A stretch of 64,000 bases of DNA from Gammaproteobacteria bacterium (GTDB taxonomy: Bacteria; Pseudomonadota; Gammaproteobacteria; PS1; Pseudothioglobaceae). The notes under the pieces were generated by a model, which saw only the letters and a list, made by a program, of their open reading frames with translations, made no database searches and was not told where the DNA came from. Every line of letters starts with the position of its first letter. The first letter of the stretch is position 1. This document shows positions 9,507 through 20,108 of this stretch, piece by piece. The DNA lies in the NCBI GenBank assembly GCA_965217075.1, contig CBDCHC010000005.1, forward strand, positions 22,378 to 86,377, given 5' to 3'. The position numbers and the translations under genes were made by a program.

Positions 9507-11232
9507 ATGAATCATATATATGATAAGCGTTTTATTACGCGTAGACAATTTGTTAAAGGGGTTTCTCGCTTAGTGCTGCCGCACTTGCCATTAGCCCAAC
9601 AAGCATTTTTGCTGATACTAGCAATACATCTGTTGCTACATTAACTGGTAATACTTTTAATTTAAGTGTCGGTGAACAATTAGTTAATTTTACAGGAGCA
9701 ACAAGAGTTGCTACTACAGTAAATAATTCATTACCAGCGCCTATTTTAAGGTTTAAAGAAGGTGAGGATATTACCCTTTTTGTAAAAAATAACTTAACGG
9801 AGACAACCTCTATTCACTGGCATGGACTAATCTTACCATTAGAGATGGATGGAGTACCTGATATTAGCAATAATTTTCATGGTATTAAACCTGGTGAAAC
9901 TTTTACTTATAAGTTTAAGGCAAAACAAAGCGGTACTTATTGGTACCACTCGCATTCTGCTTTTATGGAGCAAACAGGATTGTATGGTCCAATTGTTATT
10001 GATCCAATAGAAAAAGACCCAGTGGCTTATGATAAAGATTATGTAGTTATGTTGTCTGATTGGACAGATGAAAATCCAACCGATGTGTATCATAAGTTAA
10101 AAAAATTATCACATTATTATAATTTTAATGAGCGTACACATGCTGATTTAATAAATGATATTGATAAAAAAGGCTTGGAAAATACATGGAATGATAGAAA
10201 AATGTGGAATCAAATGCGTATGAGTCAGCGTGATTTATCAGATGTTACTGGTTATACATATACTTATCTAATTAATGGTGTTACCCCAGATAAAGGTTGG
10301 GTTGGTTTATTTAATAAAGGTGAAAAGATACGCTTAAGATTTATTAATGGCTCAGCAATGACTTTTTTGATGTACGTATTCCAGGGTTAAAAATGACAGT
10401 GATTAGTGCAGATGGACAAAATGTTCAACCAATAACTGTTGATGAAATTCGTTTAGGAGTAGCTGAAACATACGATGTAATTGTTGAACCAAAAGACGAT
10501 AGTGCTTATACTATTTTTGCTCAAGATATTGCTCGTTCTGGTTATGCGCGAGGAACACTTACACCAGATCTATCTATGATAGGTACTGTGCCAAAATTAG
10601 ATACAGTGCCAAATTTAACCCATACAGATATGGGTATGGATATGTCAAATATGGCAGGTATGGATCATTCTAAAATGAACATGGGTAAGAAACAAAAAAT
10701 GTCGACTATTGACTCCATGATTACTCATAATGACAGTGAATTTGGACCACATGTAGATATGCGCGCATCAAGCCCTCAATATCGCTTAAACGATCCTGGA
10801 GTAGGTTTGCGTAATAACGGCAGAAGAGTGTTAACTTATGCTGATTTAAAAAATCTTCATATGACACATAATTACCCTGATCCTGTTAGAGAGATTCAGT
10901 TACACTTAACTGGCAATATGAGTCGTTATATGTGGTCTATTAATGGTATTAAATTTACTGATGCTGAGTCACTTAGGTTTAAACTTGGTAAAGTGCTTCG
11001 TATTATTTTTGTGAATGATACAATGATGAATCATCCAATGCATTTACATGGTATGTGGAGCGACTTAGAAACAGGAGATAATATGTATATTCCTCGTAAA
11101 CATACGGTAATTGTACAACCAGGAGCAAAAATTAGCTATAGAGTTATTGTAGATGCTAAATGTTCATGGGCTTATCATTGTCATTTGTTATATCATATGC
11201 TTGGCATGTTTCGTCGTGTTGATATAGTTTAA
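9507..11232 (+). pseudogene. copA: copper-resistance multicopper oxidase CopA/PcoA, disrupted by two 1-nt frameshifts
   Basis: An ATG at 9507 encodes a Tat signal (TRRQFVKG) in frame 0, which stops at 9642-9644. The homology (HWHG, WYHSH) continues in frame 2 through 10390. The last part is in frame 1 from 10393, with a Met-rich DMGMDMSNMAGMDHSKMNMG stretch, HPMHLHG and HCHLLYHMLGM. The shifts map to a G4 run at 9558-9561 and a T6 run at 10363-10368. Confidence 0.85.
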
Positions 11233-11242
11233 GGAGATAATT

Positions 11243-11935
11243 ATGAAAAAATTAATAATAAGTTGTTTGTTTAGCATTTCATCTATAGTTTTTGCTGGAG
11301 GAGTAAGTGATGATCCTTTGCTTACTAAGATTATGGGTGAAGTAGAAAGTAGTAAAAATAGCACTATATCATTGAATATACAGGCTTGGGCTAGTTATGA
11401 TTTAAATAAATTATGGCTAAAATTAGAGAAAGAAAAAGTAGGAAATATTGTAGAAAATAATGAAATTCAACTTTTGTACTCTAAGGCTATTGCGCCTTTT
11501 TGGGACTTGCAATTTGGTTTACGTAAGGATAGCAATCCAGGCACAGTAAAAAGAGATTATGCTGTAATTGCTTTTAAAGGTTTGGCTCCTTATTTATTTG
11601 ATATTGATGCTTCTTTATTTTTAGGTAAAAATTCACAAATAGCTTTTCGTTTAGAAGCTGAGTATGAGTATATGTTTACACAAAAGTTAATTTTAACACC
11701 AAGTTTTGGTTTTAATATTTATAGTAAAGATGATTTAGATATTGATATAGGTGGTGGTTTATCTGATATATCTATGGGATTAAGGCTACGCTATGAATTT
11801 AGGCGTGAATTTGCACCTTACATTGGCATTAGCTGGAGTAAAGATTATGGAAAAACATTATACTTATTAAATATAAGTGGCGAGAGTGTTAAAGATTTTC
11901 GTGGTGTAATCGGTGTACGTTTATGGTTTGAATAA
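11243..11935 (+). CDS. copB: copper resistance protein B (outer membrane), short form
   Basis: 230 aa with a signal peptide and a beta-barrel-like sequence (LEAEYEY..., RYEFRREFAPYIG). There is an AGGAG RBS, and the gene lies 10 nt after copA. It lacks the Met/His-rich N-terminal extension of longer CopB proteins. Confidence 0.75.
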   Translation: MKKLIISCLFSISSIVFAGGVSDDPLLTKIMGEVESSKNSTISLNIQAWASYDLNKLWLKLEKEKVGNIVENNEIQLLYSKAIAPFWDLQFGLRKDSNPGTVKRDYAVIAFKGLAPYLFDIDASLFLGKNSQIAFRLEAEYEYMFTQKLILTPSFGFNIYSKDDLDIDIGGGLSDISMGLRLRYEFRREFAPYIGISWSKDYGKTLYLLNISGESVKDFRGVIGVRLWFE

Positions 11936-11947
11936 AATTTTATTAAT

Positions 11948-11980
11948 AAAAAAAATGGGTGCAATTGCACCCATTTTTAT
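11948..11980. terminator. bidirectional rho-independent terminator
   Basis: A perfect GC-rich palindrome GGGTGCAATTGCACCC (11957-11972) is flanked by an A-run upstream and a T-run downstream. It lies between convergent copB and the repeat-protein gene. Confidence 0.8.
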
Positions 11981-11992
11981 TATAGATAAAAA

Positions 11993-12502
11993 TTATTTGT
12001 TACCTTTAGTGTTGTTAAAGTTAACATTTCTATTATAATTATTAGAATCTTTTCTTGCATTAGTTTCAGCATAACCTCTAGCATAACCATCAGCACGACC
12101 TTTAGCATAACCATCAGCACGACCTTTAGCATAACTTTCAGCTATACCTCTAGCTTCACCTTTAAATGATCCTCTACCTTTATTATCTGTTTTATTTTTA
12201 TTGTTAAAATGAAAACCAAAATCAGAATCATTTAATGTATTGTTATTATTTGAAAAAGGACCCCAGTCTGAGTTACCACCGAAAGGACCCATTTTTGAGT
12301 TGCCATCAAAAGGACCCCAGTTGTTACCACCATCAAAAGGACCCCAGTTATTGCGACCATTAAAAGGACCCCAGTTTGAGTTACCACCAAAACGATCCAT
12401 ATCCATGCCGTTATTATTACCATAACCTTTGTTGTTATTAAAGAAACCAGCTGTTGCGCTTGTGGCAACAATTAACATTATAATTGTTAATATTTTTTTC
12501 AT
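11993..12502 (-). CDS. secreted Gly/Asn/aromatic-rich repeat protein of unknown function
   Basis: 169 aa with a Sec signal peptide ending ATA/G. It has five NWGPF-type nonapeptides and a duplicated YAKGRADG unit. No catalytic motifs are visible. Confidence 0.75.
   Translation of the reverse strand: MKKILTIIMLIVATSATAGFFNNNKGYGNNNGMDMDRFGGNSNWGPFNGRNNWGPFDGGNNWGPFDGNSKMGPFGGNSDWGPFSNNNNTLNDSDFGFHFNNKNKTDNKGRGSFKGEARGIAESYAKGRADGYAKGRADGYARGYAETNARKDSNNYNRNVNFNNTKGNK
12081..12128. repeat. perfect 24-nt tandem duplication (coding, YAKGRADG)
   Basis: GCATAACCATCAGCACGACCTTTA at 12081-12104 is repeated exactly at 12105-12128. Confidence 0.95.
12250..12391. repeat. 27-nt tandem repeat x5 (coding, NWGPF units)
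   Basis: AGGACCC cores occur at 12257, 12284, 12311, 12338 and 12365, exactly 27 nt apart. Confidence 0.9.
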
Positions 12503-12619
12503 ATTTATATCCTCGTTATTAAAGAACTATAAAAATAAATTTAAATTAATAAATTTATACTAAAACATTCAAACATAGAATGTATTTAATGTTGATTATA
12601 CAAGATTTTTATTGTTTGT

Positions 12620-12653
12620 AAAAAAATATTAGAATATTATTATATTCTAATAT
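12620..12653 (-). terminator. putative rho-independent terminator of pyrC
   Basis: An inverted repeat at 12626-12653 has 12-bp arms (a single G:C pair) and a 4-nt loop, and spans the pyrC stop. On the minus strand it is followed by a T6 run (A6 at 12621-12626 on the + strand). Confidence 0.4.
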
Positions 12654-13672
12654 ACTAATTTCCAATCAATAATAGAGTTAAACATAAATGGCACAATACT
12701 TTCATCATTTATAATAATAATATTTTTTATATGTAATTTTTTTTTGATTAAGGTAATTTTCTCTTTATTATATGATAGTTTATAAAATTTAGCACCAAAT
12801 TTAGCGCAAAAATCTTCTAATTTGTCCAAAGCATTGTATGTATCAAAAACCTGAGTATAGATTTCTATGGCAATCGGTGCATTAAAAATACCAGCACAGC
12901 CACAACTTGACTCTTTATGTTTTTTACTATGTGGCGCACTATCTGTACCTAAGAAGAATTTTTTATTACCTGATATAGCCGCTTGTATTAATGCTTGCTG
13001 GTGATAAGATTTTTTTAAAATTGGCAGACAATAATAATGAGGACGAATGCCACCTATAAACATATCATTCCGATTACAATATAAATGATGTGGGGTTATT
13101 GTAGCTGCTATATTATTATTACAACTTAATACAAAATCAACACTATCTTTAGTAGTAATATGCTCAAATACTATACGTAAATCAGGAAAATCTTGAATTA
13201 ATTTAACCAAAGTGTTTGTTATAAATATTTTTTCTCTATCAAAAATATCAATATTTTTATTAGTTTCTTCGCCATGAACAAGCAACACCATATCTAATTT
13301 TTGCATTTGTGCTAATACCGGATAAATATTTTTAATGTCGCTGACACCGTAATTAGAGTTTGTGGTGCTACCAGCTGGATATAATTTAAATCCTAATATA
13401 TTATTTTCTTTAGCAGTTTTTACTTCATCTGTATTAGTATTATCAGTTAAATATAGCGTCATAAATGGCATAAAATTGCCATTAACAGCAGCTAAAATGC
13501 GTTTTTTATAAGATAAAGCTAATTTAGTTGTAGTAATAGGCGGATCTAAGTTAGGCATAATTAACGCTCTACTCATTTGCTTGGCACTAAAATTTACTAC
13601 ATTTTCCATTATTTTATTATCACGCAAATGTAGATGCCAGTCATCTGGCTTTATTATTGTTATTTGTTGCAT
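12647..13672 (-). CDS. pyrC: dihydroorotase (class II)
   Basis: 341 aa with the DDWHLHLRD metal motif and FLGTDSAPH. Confidence 0.92.
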   Translation of the reverse strand: MQQITIIKPDDWHLHLRDNKIMENVVNFSAKQMSRALIMPNLDPPITTTKLALSYKKRILAAVNGNFMPFMTLYLTDNTNTDEVKTAKENNILGFKLYPAGSTTNSNYGVSDIKNIYPVLAQMQKLDMVLLVHGEETNKNIDIFDREKIFITNTLVKLIQDFPDLRIVFEHITTKDSVDFVLSCNNNIAATITPHHLYCNRNDMFIGGIRPHYYCLPILKKSYHQQALIQAAISGNKKFFLGTDSAPHSKKHKESSCGCAGIFNAPIAIEIYTQVFDTYNALDKLEDFCAKFGAKFYKLSYNKEKITLIKKKLHIKNIIIINDESIVPFMFNSIIDWKLVY

Positions 13673-14205
13673 TTTGTTAAAATATCTTTTACCATATAAA
13701 GTGCTGCAATGCTTCTAGCTTCAGTTAAATTTTTATCATATACTAATTGATGTAGATTAGATAACTTATGTTTCACAACTTTAAGTGGTTCTGGTTCATC
13801 TCCTTCTAATGTATTATGATATAAGTCTTGTGCCATAATAATATGAGTTTTATTAGCTTGATAAGCTGGAGCTAGAGTCATTGTTTTTATATGTTGTAAT
13901 TTTTTTGCCCCAAAACCAATTTCTTCTTGTAACTCACGATTAGCTGCTTGTAAAATAGTTTCATTTGCATCAATTTTACCTTTTGGTAACGATAATTCAT
14001 AACACTCTGTACCAACAGAATATTCATAAATCATCATTACACTATCATCTATGATAGGCACAATTAATACAGCTCCATTGCCAGTTGGTTTTAATCTTTG
14101 GTAGCTTCTTTTTTCTTTATTACTAAATTCAACCTCAACTGACTCTATATTAAAAATTTTAGTATGAAAAATATTTTTAATATTACTAAGTTTTGGTTTT
14201 TTCAT
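13660..14205 (-). CDS. nudE: ADP compounds hydrolase NudE (Nudix)
   Basis: Collinear with E. coli NudE: ESVEVEFSN, IVPIIDD, the Nudix box GKIDANETILQAANRELQEEIGF, and LEGDEPEPL. I prefer the ATG at 14205 (MKKPKL), which avoids overlap with hemC. Confidence 0.88.
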   Translation of the reverse strand: MKKPKLSNIKNIFHTKIFNIESVEVEFSNKEKRSYQRLKPTGNGAVLIVPIIDDSVMMIYEYSVGTECYELSLPKGKIDANETILQAANRELQEEIGFGAKKLQHIKTMTLAPAYQANKTHIIMAQDLYHNTLEGDEPEPLKVVKHKLSNLHQLVYDKNLTEARSIAALYMVKDILTKCNK

Positions 14206-14212
14206 AATTAAT

Positions 14213-15127
14213 TTAATTTTCTTGTAATATTTGCCTAGCACCTCTTGCTAATAATTTATTAGCTAATTCATATCCTATAATTGTAGCATCATTTTTATCC
14301 CCACTAATGCTTTCTTTAAGAATAAGACTATTTTTTATACTACCAACTAAACCAGTAATAGTTAATATATTATTATTTATAGTAGCAAAGCCAGCAATAG
14401 GAGAGCTGCAACTACCAGATAATTTTTCATTCATTGCTCTTTCTGCGTTTACTGCTAATGTAGTTTTATGATCAATTAATGGCTTTATTAGCTCAATAAT
14501 ACTATCATTAGCTTGAAGAACCTCAATACCAATTGCCCCTTGCCCTACAGCTGGTAAACTTTCTTTAACATTAAATTCTTGTTTTATTCTATATTCTAAC
14601 TTTAGTCTCTCTAAACCAGCGCAAGCAAGAATAATAGCATCATAATAATTATTGTCTAATTTTTTAAGTCTGGTATTTATGTTTCCACGTAAATCAATAA
14701 TTTGTAAATCAGGTCTCATAGCTTTTATTTGTACAATACGACGCATGCTACAGGTGCCAATTTTGCTTTTTATTGGTAAATCATTTATATTATTATATTT
14801 ATTAGCGACGAATGCATCAAGTGGATTATCACGCTTTAGTACGGCGCCAATGATAAAACCATCTGGCATTTTGTATGGAATATCTTTTAAAGAGTGCACA
14901 GCAATATCAGCTTTGCCTTGTTGCATAGCGATCTCTAACTCTTTAATAAATAAACCTTTACCACCAATTTTAGCTAATGGCGCTTCTAATAGCTTATCGC
15001 CTTGAGTGCTAATTTTTACTAACTCTACTTTTATATCAACATAGTGTTTTTGTAGTTGAGTGCTAACAAACTCCGCTTGATATAATGCAAGTGGACTTTT
15101 TCTAGTAGCAATTTTTATAACTCTCAT
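14213..15127 (-). CDS. hemC: porphobilinogen deaminase
   Basis: 304 aa with TRKSPLALYQA, GTCSMRR, and the cofactor Cys in GSCSSPI. Confidence 0.94.
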   Translation of the reverse strand: MRVIKIATRKSPLALYQAEFVSTQLQKHYVDIKVELVKISTQGDKLLEAPLAKIGGKGLFIKELEIAMQQGKADIAVHSLKDIPYKMPDGFIIGAVLKRDNPLDAFVANKYNNINDLPIKSKIGTCSMRRIVQIKAMRPDLQIIDLRGNINTRLKKLDNNYYDAIILACAGLERLKLEYRIKQEFNVKESLPAVGQGAIGIEVLQANDSIIELIKPLIDHKTTLAVNAERAMNEKLSGSCSSPIAGFATINNNILTITGLVGSIKNSLILKESISGDKNDATIIGYELANKLLARGARQILQEN

Positions 15128-15186
15128 TATTAAAATTATATAAAATTATAATTTAGTAATTTTAACAATATTAATGAGGATTAGCT

Positions 15187-15561
15187 ATGGAATTAACTCA
15201 AGTAAAAAATTTTCTTGCTAATAACAGACAGCAAAAAAATATTTTAATACTAATGCATTTAACAGATTGTCCTTGGTGCCACTTTGTGATAGAAGAGATT
15301 TTACAGCCAATGAGTACCCTTAAAGAGTACGATAAAATAAAAATCTATCAATTAGATGCAGATAGTGATTTTGAGTTTATTAATTTTGACAATAAAAAAA
15401 TTAGCACTAATAATTTTTTATCAATTTATAATATTGATTTTTATCCAACATTATTATTATTTAATTATAAAGGTAAATTATTAGAGAAGGTTGTTGGAGT
15501 AGCAAGTAAAGATTTTTATTGGACAGAATTGGATAATATATTGGAAAAATATGAAAATTAA
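15187..15561 (+). CDS. thioredoxin-fold protein (CPWC)
   Basis: 124 aa with no signal peptide. It has a CxxC motif (LTDCPWCHF) and an FYPTLLLF cis-Pro-type block. There is a GAGGA RBS. Confidence 0.6.
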   Translation: MELTQVKNFLANNRQQKNILILMHLTDCPWCHFVIEEILQPMSTLKEYDKIKIYQLDADSDFEFINFDNKKISTNNFLSIYNIDFYPTLLLFNYKGKLLEKVVGVASKDFYWTELDNILEKYEN

Positions 15562-16936
15562 TAAATCTTGGGGGGGTCGTTTTCAGCAGCCAACAGATGA
15601 GATGGTTAAATTTTTTAACTCATCTGTTAATTTTGATAATATTCTTGCACCTTACGACATTAAAGGCTCTATAGCCCATGTAACTATGTTGTATAAATGT
15701 GATATTATTAGTAAAAATGAGGCTGATATTATTATTAATGGATTAGAAAAGATTTTAACTGAAATTAACAATAATGAATTTATATGGAGTGATGATTTAG
15801 AAGACGTGCATATGAATATTGAAGCTCGTTTAGTTGATATTGTAGGCGATATTGGTAAAAAATTACATACTGCTAGAAGTAGAAATGATCAAGTAGCCAC
15901 TGATATTCGTTTATATTTACGAGATAATATAAAATTAATTGGTAATAATATTACACAATTACAATTAGCATTAATTACTTTAGCAGAAAAAAATACTGCA
16001 ACTATTATGCCTGGTTTTACTCATTTACAAGTAGCACAACCTATTAGTTTCGCTCATCATTTAATAGCATATTATGAGATGTTTCAGCGTGATAATGCAA
16101 GACTTAAAAGCTGTTTACAACGTATTAATATTATGCCACTTGGCAGCGCTGCTTTGGCTGGCACTACTTACCCGATTAATAGAGATATTACTGCTAAGTT
16201 ATTAGGATTTAATGGAATTTGCCAAAATTCATTAGATGCAGTAAGTGATAGAGACTTTGCTATTGAGTTTTTAAGTGCTGCTAGTATTATTATGATGCAT
16301 TTATCTAGATTATCAGAAGAGTTAGTTTTGTGGTCAAGCGCTCAATTTGATTTTATTGAGATAGCAGATAGTTTTACTACTGGATCGTCAATTATGCCTA
16401 ATAAGAAAAACCCTGATGTAGCAGAACTTGTACGGGGTAAAACAGGCAGGGTTTATGGTAATTTAATGGCAATGTTGACAATAATGAAAGCACAGCCACT
16501 AGCTTATAATAAGGATAATCAAGAGGATAAGGAGCCATTATTCGATACTATAACAACACTTAATAATTCTCTTAAAATTTATACTGGCATGATACCTGCA
16601 ATCAGGGTGAAAGAAAATAATATGTTGTCAAGTGCTATTAAAGGCTATGCTACAGCAACTGATTTAGCAGATTATTTAGTAAAAAAAGGTATAACTTTTA
16701 GAGACGCTCATACAGTAGTTGGTGAAATTGTTGCTTTTGCTATTGATAAAGGAGTTGATTTAGGTGAGATGACTTTGGCAGAAATGCAAAAATTTAATAA
16801 AAATATTAATAAAGATATTTTTACAGTACTTAGCTTGACTAGTTCATTGAATGCTAGAAATCATCTTGGTGGAACAGCAGAAAAACAAGTTATAAAGCAA
16901 ATAGATAAAGCAAAAAAATCAATTTATTTGCAATAA
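15551..16936 (+). CDS. argH: argininosuccinate lyase
   Basis: 461 aa with a WGGRF N-terminus and the fumarate-lyase signature [11 protein letters not shown]. Confidence 0.95.
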   Translation: MKINKSWGGRFQQPTDEMVKFFNSSVNFDNILAPYDIKGSIAHVTMLYKCDIISKNEADIIINGLEKILTEINNNEFIWSDDLEDVHMNIEARLVDIVGDIGKKLHTARSRNDQVATDIRLYLRDNIKLIGNNITQLQLALITLAEKNTATIMPGFTHLQVAQPISFAHHLIAYYEMFQRDNARLKSCLQRINIMPLGSAALAGTTYPINRDITAKLLGFNGICQNSLDAVSDRDFAIEFLSAASIIMMHLSRLSEELVLWSSAQFDFIEIADSFTTGSSIMPNKKNPDVAELVRGKTGRVYGNLMAMLTIMKAQPLAYNKDNQEDKEPLFDTITTLNNSLKIYTGMIPAIRVKENNMLSSAIKGYATATDLADYLVKKGITFRDAHTVVGEIVAFAIDKGVDLGEMTLAEMQKFNKNINKDIFTVLSLTSSLNARNHLGGTAEKQVIKQIDKAKKSIYLQ

Positions 16937-16950
16937 ATATTAAAACTTTT

Positions 16951-17874
16951 ATGAAAATAATTTTTGCCGGCACTCCAGATTTTGCGCTTACTATTTTAAA
17001 GGAACTGTATAAATATCATCAAATAGTTGCAGTTTTTACTCAAATAGATAGAAAAAAAGGTAGAGGTAGAAAGCTAAGAACATCAGTTGTGAAAGATTTT
17101 ACGTTAAGTAATAATTTAAATCTTTATCAAGCACAAAGTATAAATACTGCTAAGGTAGTTGATATTATTAAACACTTGCAAGCAGATGTTATGGTGGTTG
17201 CATCTTATGGTCTTTTATTGCCTAAAACTATTTTAAATATAACAAAATATGGTTGCATTAATGTACATGGCTCTATATTGCCTAAATGGCGGGGTGCTGC
17301 TCCTATTGAACGTGCAATTTTAGCTAATGATAAAAAGACTGGCATAAGCATTATGAAAATGGACGCTGGTTTAGATACGGGAGATGTTTTTTTTACAACA
17401 GAATGTGTAATTAATGACAACGATACTGCGCAAACATTACGAGATAAATTAGCAATTTTAGGCGCTAAAACCATTATAGAAACGCTTAATAATATTGATA
17501 TTTTGAAAATGAAGCCACAGACTGGTATAACAAGTTATGCGCATAAATTAAATAAAAATGAAGCTTGGATTAACTGGAATCATAATATGAAATATATACA
17601 AAGACAAATACGTGCTTTTAATCCATATCCTATTGCACAAACTCTTGCCAGCAGTGATAAATTTGATAAGAAAGTTTTAAGAATTTTATCGGCTGATATT
17701 GTCAACAATAATGGCGATAAAGGTGAAATCATAATCAATAAAAATAGTGTAGTAATTAATGGCGATAAAGACGCTTTATCGCTTAATGTTGTGCAGCTTG
17801 CAGGTAAAAAAGCAATTAAGATTAAAGATTTTAATAACGCTTATAAATTAAAAAGTGTATTTAATAAAAATTAA
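16951..17874 (+). CDS. fmt: methionyl-tRNA formyltransferase
   Basis: 307 aa with MKIIFAGTPDFA and HGSILPKWRGAAPIERAI. Confidence 0.94.
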   Translation: MKIIFAGTPDFALTILKELYKYHQIVAVFTQIDRKKGRGRKLRTSVVKDFTLSNNLNLYQAQSINTAKVVDIIKHLQADVMVVASYGLLLPKTILNITKYGCINVHGSILPKWRGAAPIERAILANDKKTGISIMKMDAGLDTGDVFFTTECVINDNDTAQTLRDKLAILGAKTIIETLNNIDILKMKPQTGITSYAHKLNKNEAWINWNHNMKYIQRQIRAFNPYPIAQTLASSDKFDKKVLRILSADIVNNNGDKGEIIINKNSVVINGDKDALSLNVVQLAGKKAIKIKDFNNAYKLKSVFNKN

Positions 17875-17988
17875 CTTTAGGAATTATTTTAGCTTTTATA
17901 GGTTATTAAGTTTTTTCAGTAAAGATTAGTTTATTAATATGATCTTAGCTTATGATATATTAAAAATAGAATTTTTTAATTATATCAA

Positions 17989-18064
17989 TGGCTCCCCGAC
18001 CTGGGCTCGAACCAGGGACACAAGGATTAACAGTCCTTCGCTCTACCAACTGAGCTATCGGGGA
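17989..18064 (-). tRNA. tRNA-Asn (GTT)
   Basis: 76 nt that folds as a cloverleaf. The acceptor is TCCCCGA/TCGGGGA, the anticodon loop is CTGTTAA, the T-loop is TTCGAGC, and CCA is encoded. Confidence 0.95.
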
Positions 18065-18115
18065 ACAAAGTCGCTAATTATAGTTAGTTTTTTGTTTTTA
18101 GTCAAATAACTTATA

Positions 18116-18853
18116 TTATTGTAGGTAAATTTTATTAAACCATAATATTAATAACAAAGCAGTTATCATGCAAGGCGCAAAAGCAAAAACTTTAGCAGGA
18201 TTTTTTACTTTAATTAGATAAAAAATAATACCAATTAATGACGATATTAGTAGTATTTTTGGTAATATTTGCCAACCAAACCAAGCACCAAATATACTAA
18301 ATAAAGTAAAATCTCCATAACCTAAGCCATCTTTATTAGTAATTATTTTAAATAACCAGAATATAAGCCATAAACTAATATAAGCGACTATAGCACCAAC
18401 TACAGCAGCATGTATATTGCCAAAATATAAATTATATAAAAGTCCTAACCAAATTATAGGTATAGTGATAATATTAGGCACTAAGAGATATTTATAATCC
18501 ATCACAAATAATATTATTAGTGCATAATTAAGCATAAGAAAATATATCAGCTCTATATTAAAACCTATAATAAGATAAATAACAATAGTGCTAATACCGC
18601 TAATCAACTCTATTAAAAAGTATGTTATATCAATTTTTTGTTGGCAGTATTGACATCTATTATTACGCAAATAACTAAATATAGGAATAAGGTTAATATA
18701 GTTTATAGTTTTTTTACAGTTAGGACAAAAAGAGCGTGATGGTTGTATTAGATTGATATTATAATTTGCTAACATCTTTGGCACTCTGTAAATTATAGTT
18801 GTAAGAAAACTACCAATTATTACGCCAGTTATTAGTAGAATTATAATTATCAT
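18116..18853 (-). CDS. pilD: prepilin peptidase / N-methyltransferase (A24 family)
   Basis: 245-aa polytopic membrane protein with Cys pairs CPNC...CQYC and the aspartyl-protease block GLGYGDF. Confidence 0.85.
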   Translation of the reverse strand: MIIIILLITGVIIGSFLTTIIYRVPKMLANYNINLIQPSRSFCPNCKKTINYINLIPIFSYLRNNRCQYCQQKIDITYFLIELISGISTIVIYLIIGFNIELIYFLMLNYALIILFVMDYKYLLVPNIITIPIIWLGLLYNLYFGNIHAAVVGAIVAYISLWLIFWLFKIITNKDGLGYGDFTLFSIFGAWFGWQILPKILLISSLIGIIFYLIKVKNPAKVFAFAPCMITALLLILWFNKIYLQ

Positions 18854-18863
18854 TTTTTATAAA

Positions 18864-20108
18864 TTATAAATTATCAATAATTTTGTCACCAAATTTAGAA
18901 CAAGAAAGAAGTGTTGCATTATCTAGCATCCTTGCTAGGTCATAAGTTACTGTTTTATTAATAATTGTTTTAGTTATAGCTTTAATAATTAAATCAGCAG
19001 CCTCATGCCATCCTAAATGATGTAACATCATTTCAGCTGATAAAATAATTGAGGCAGGATTAACTTTATTTTGTCCTGCATATTTTGGTGCCGTGCCGTG
19101 CGTGGCCTCAAAAACTGCAATATTATCAGATAAATTAGCTCCTGGCGCAATGCCAATACCGCCTACTTGAGCGGCTAAAGCATCGGAAATATAATCACCA
19201 TTTAAATTCAGTGTTGCGATAACTGAGTATTCTTGAGGGCGTAATAAAATTTGTTGTAAAAAAGCATCTGCAATTACATCTTTTATAATAATTATACTGC
19301 CATTTTTTGGGTTAATAATTTGACACCAAGGACCACCATTAATCTGTGTAGCACCAAATTCTTCATAAGCAAGTTTATAACCCCAGTCTCTAAAACCACC
19401 TTCGGTAAACTTCATGATATTGCCTTTATGTACTAAAGTTACTGATGGTTTATTATTAATTATCGCATAATTTATTGCTTTACGCACTAGGCGCTTAGTG
19501 CCTTCAATTGATACTGGTTTAATGCCAATCCCAGAAGTATTTGGAAAACGAATTTTATCTACATTCATTTTATTTTGTAAAAAATCAATTATCTTTTTGA
19601 CTTCAGGTGTACCAACTTCATATTCAATACCAGCATAAATATCTTCACTATTTTCACGAAAAACTATCATATCTATTTTTTCAGGTTCTTTTACTGGACT
19701 TGGAGTGCCAGTGAAATAACGTACTGGACGCAAACAAACATATAAATCTAATTTTTGACGAATAGCAACATTTAGTGAGCGCATACCACCACCAACTGGC
19801 GTAGTAAGAGGACCTTTAATAGCGACACTATATTCTTTAATTGCTGATATTGTTTCTGCTGGTAAGTAACTACCATATAATTTATTAGCTTTTTCTCCAG
19901 CAAATATTTCCATCCATTTAATGGACTTAGCATTATGATACGCTTTAGCAACAGCACTGTTAACTACATTAATCATTACAGGAGTTATATCAATTCCTAT
20001 ACCGTCACCTTCTATATAAGTAATAATTGGATTATTACCAACTTGAATTATATTGTTACTATAAGTTATTTTATCGCCCTTTATTAGCTTAATATTTTTA
20101 TCATTCAT
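18864..20108 (-). CDS. icd: isocitrate dehydrogenase (NADP)
   Basis: 414 aa with [29 protein letters not shown] and [11 protein letters not shown]. Confidence 0.95.
   Translation of the reverse strand: MNDKNIKLIKGDKITYSNNIIQVGNNPIITYIEGDGIGIDITPVMINVVNSAVAKAYHNAKSIKWMEIFAGEKANKLYGSYLPAETISAIKEYSVAIKGPLTTPVGGGMRSLNVAIRQKLDLYVCLRPVRYFTGTPSPVKEPEKIDMIVFRENSEDIYAGIEYEVGTPEVKKIIDFLQNKMNVDKIRFPNTSGIGIKPVSIEGTKRLVRKAINYAIINNKPSVTLVHKGNIMKFTEGGFRDWGYKLAYEEFGATQINGGPWCQIINPKNGSIIIIKDVIADAFLQQILLRPQEYSVIATLNLNGDYISDALAAQVGGIGIAPGANLSDNIAVFEATHGTAPKYAGQNKVNPASIILSAEMMLHHLGWHEAADLIIKAITKTIINKTVTYDLARMLDNATLLSCSKFGDKIIDNL

Noticed and set aside
9555-9565. Programmed ribosomal frameshifting was considered as the explanation for the copA frame changes.
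   Set aside because: Two independent shifts would be required. Neither site has a known slippery heptamer with a stimulatory structure. Both are simple homopolymers consistent with 1-nt deletions, so a pseudogene or an assembly error is more parsimonious.
12232-12471. Two ORFs (12232-12471 on the minus strand and 12240-12425 on the plus strand) overlap the NWGPF repeat gene in alternative frames.
   Set aside because: They exist only because the 27-nt tandem repeat keeps all frames open. The frame with a signal peptide, a start and terminator context is 11993-12502.
12565-12600. A dif-like sequence (ATCAACATTAAATACATTCTATG on the minus strand) resembles the XerD arm and spacer of gammaproteobacterial dif. 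It lies near a strand-switch region.
   Set aside because: The XerD arm matches about 8 of 11 positions, the spacer matches 5 of 6 positions, and the XerC arm (TTATGCGCACC) is essentially absent. In DNA this AT-rich such partial matches are expected by chance, and the window has many strand switches.
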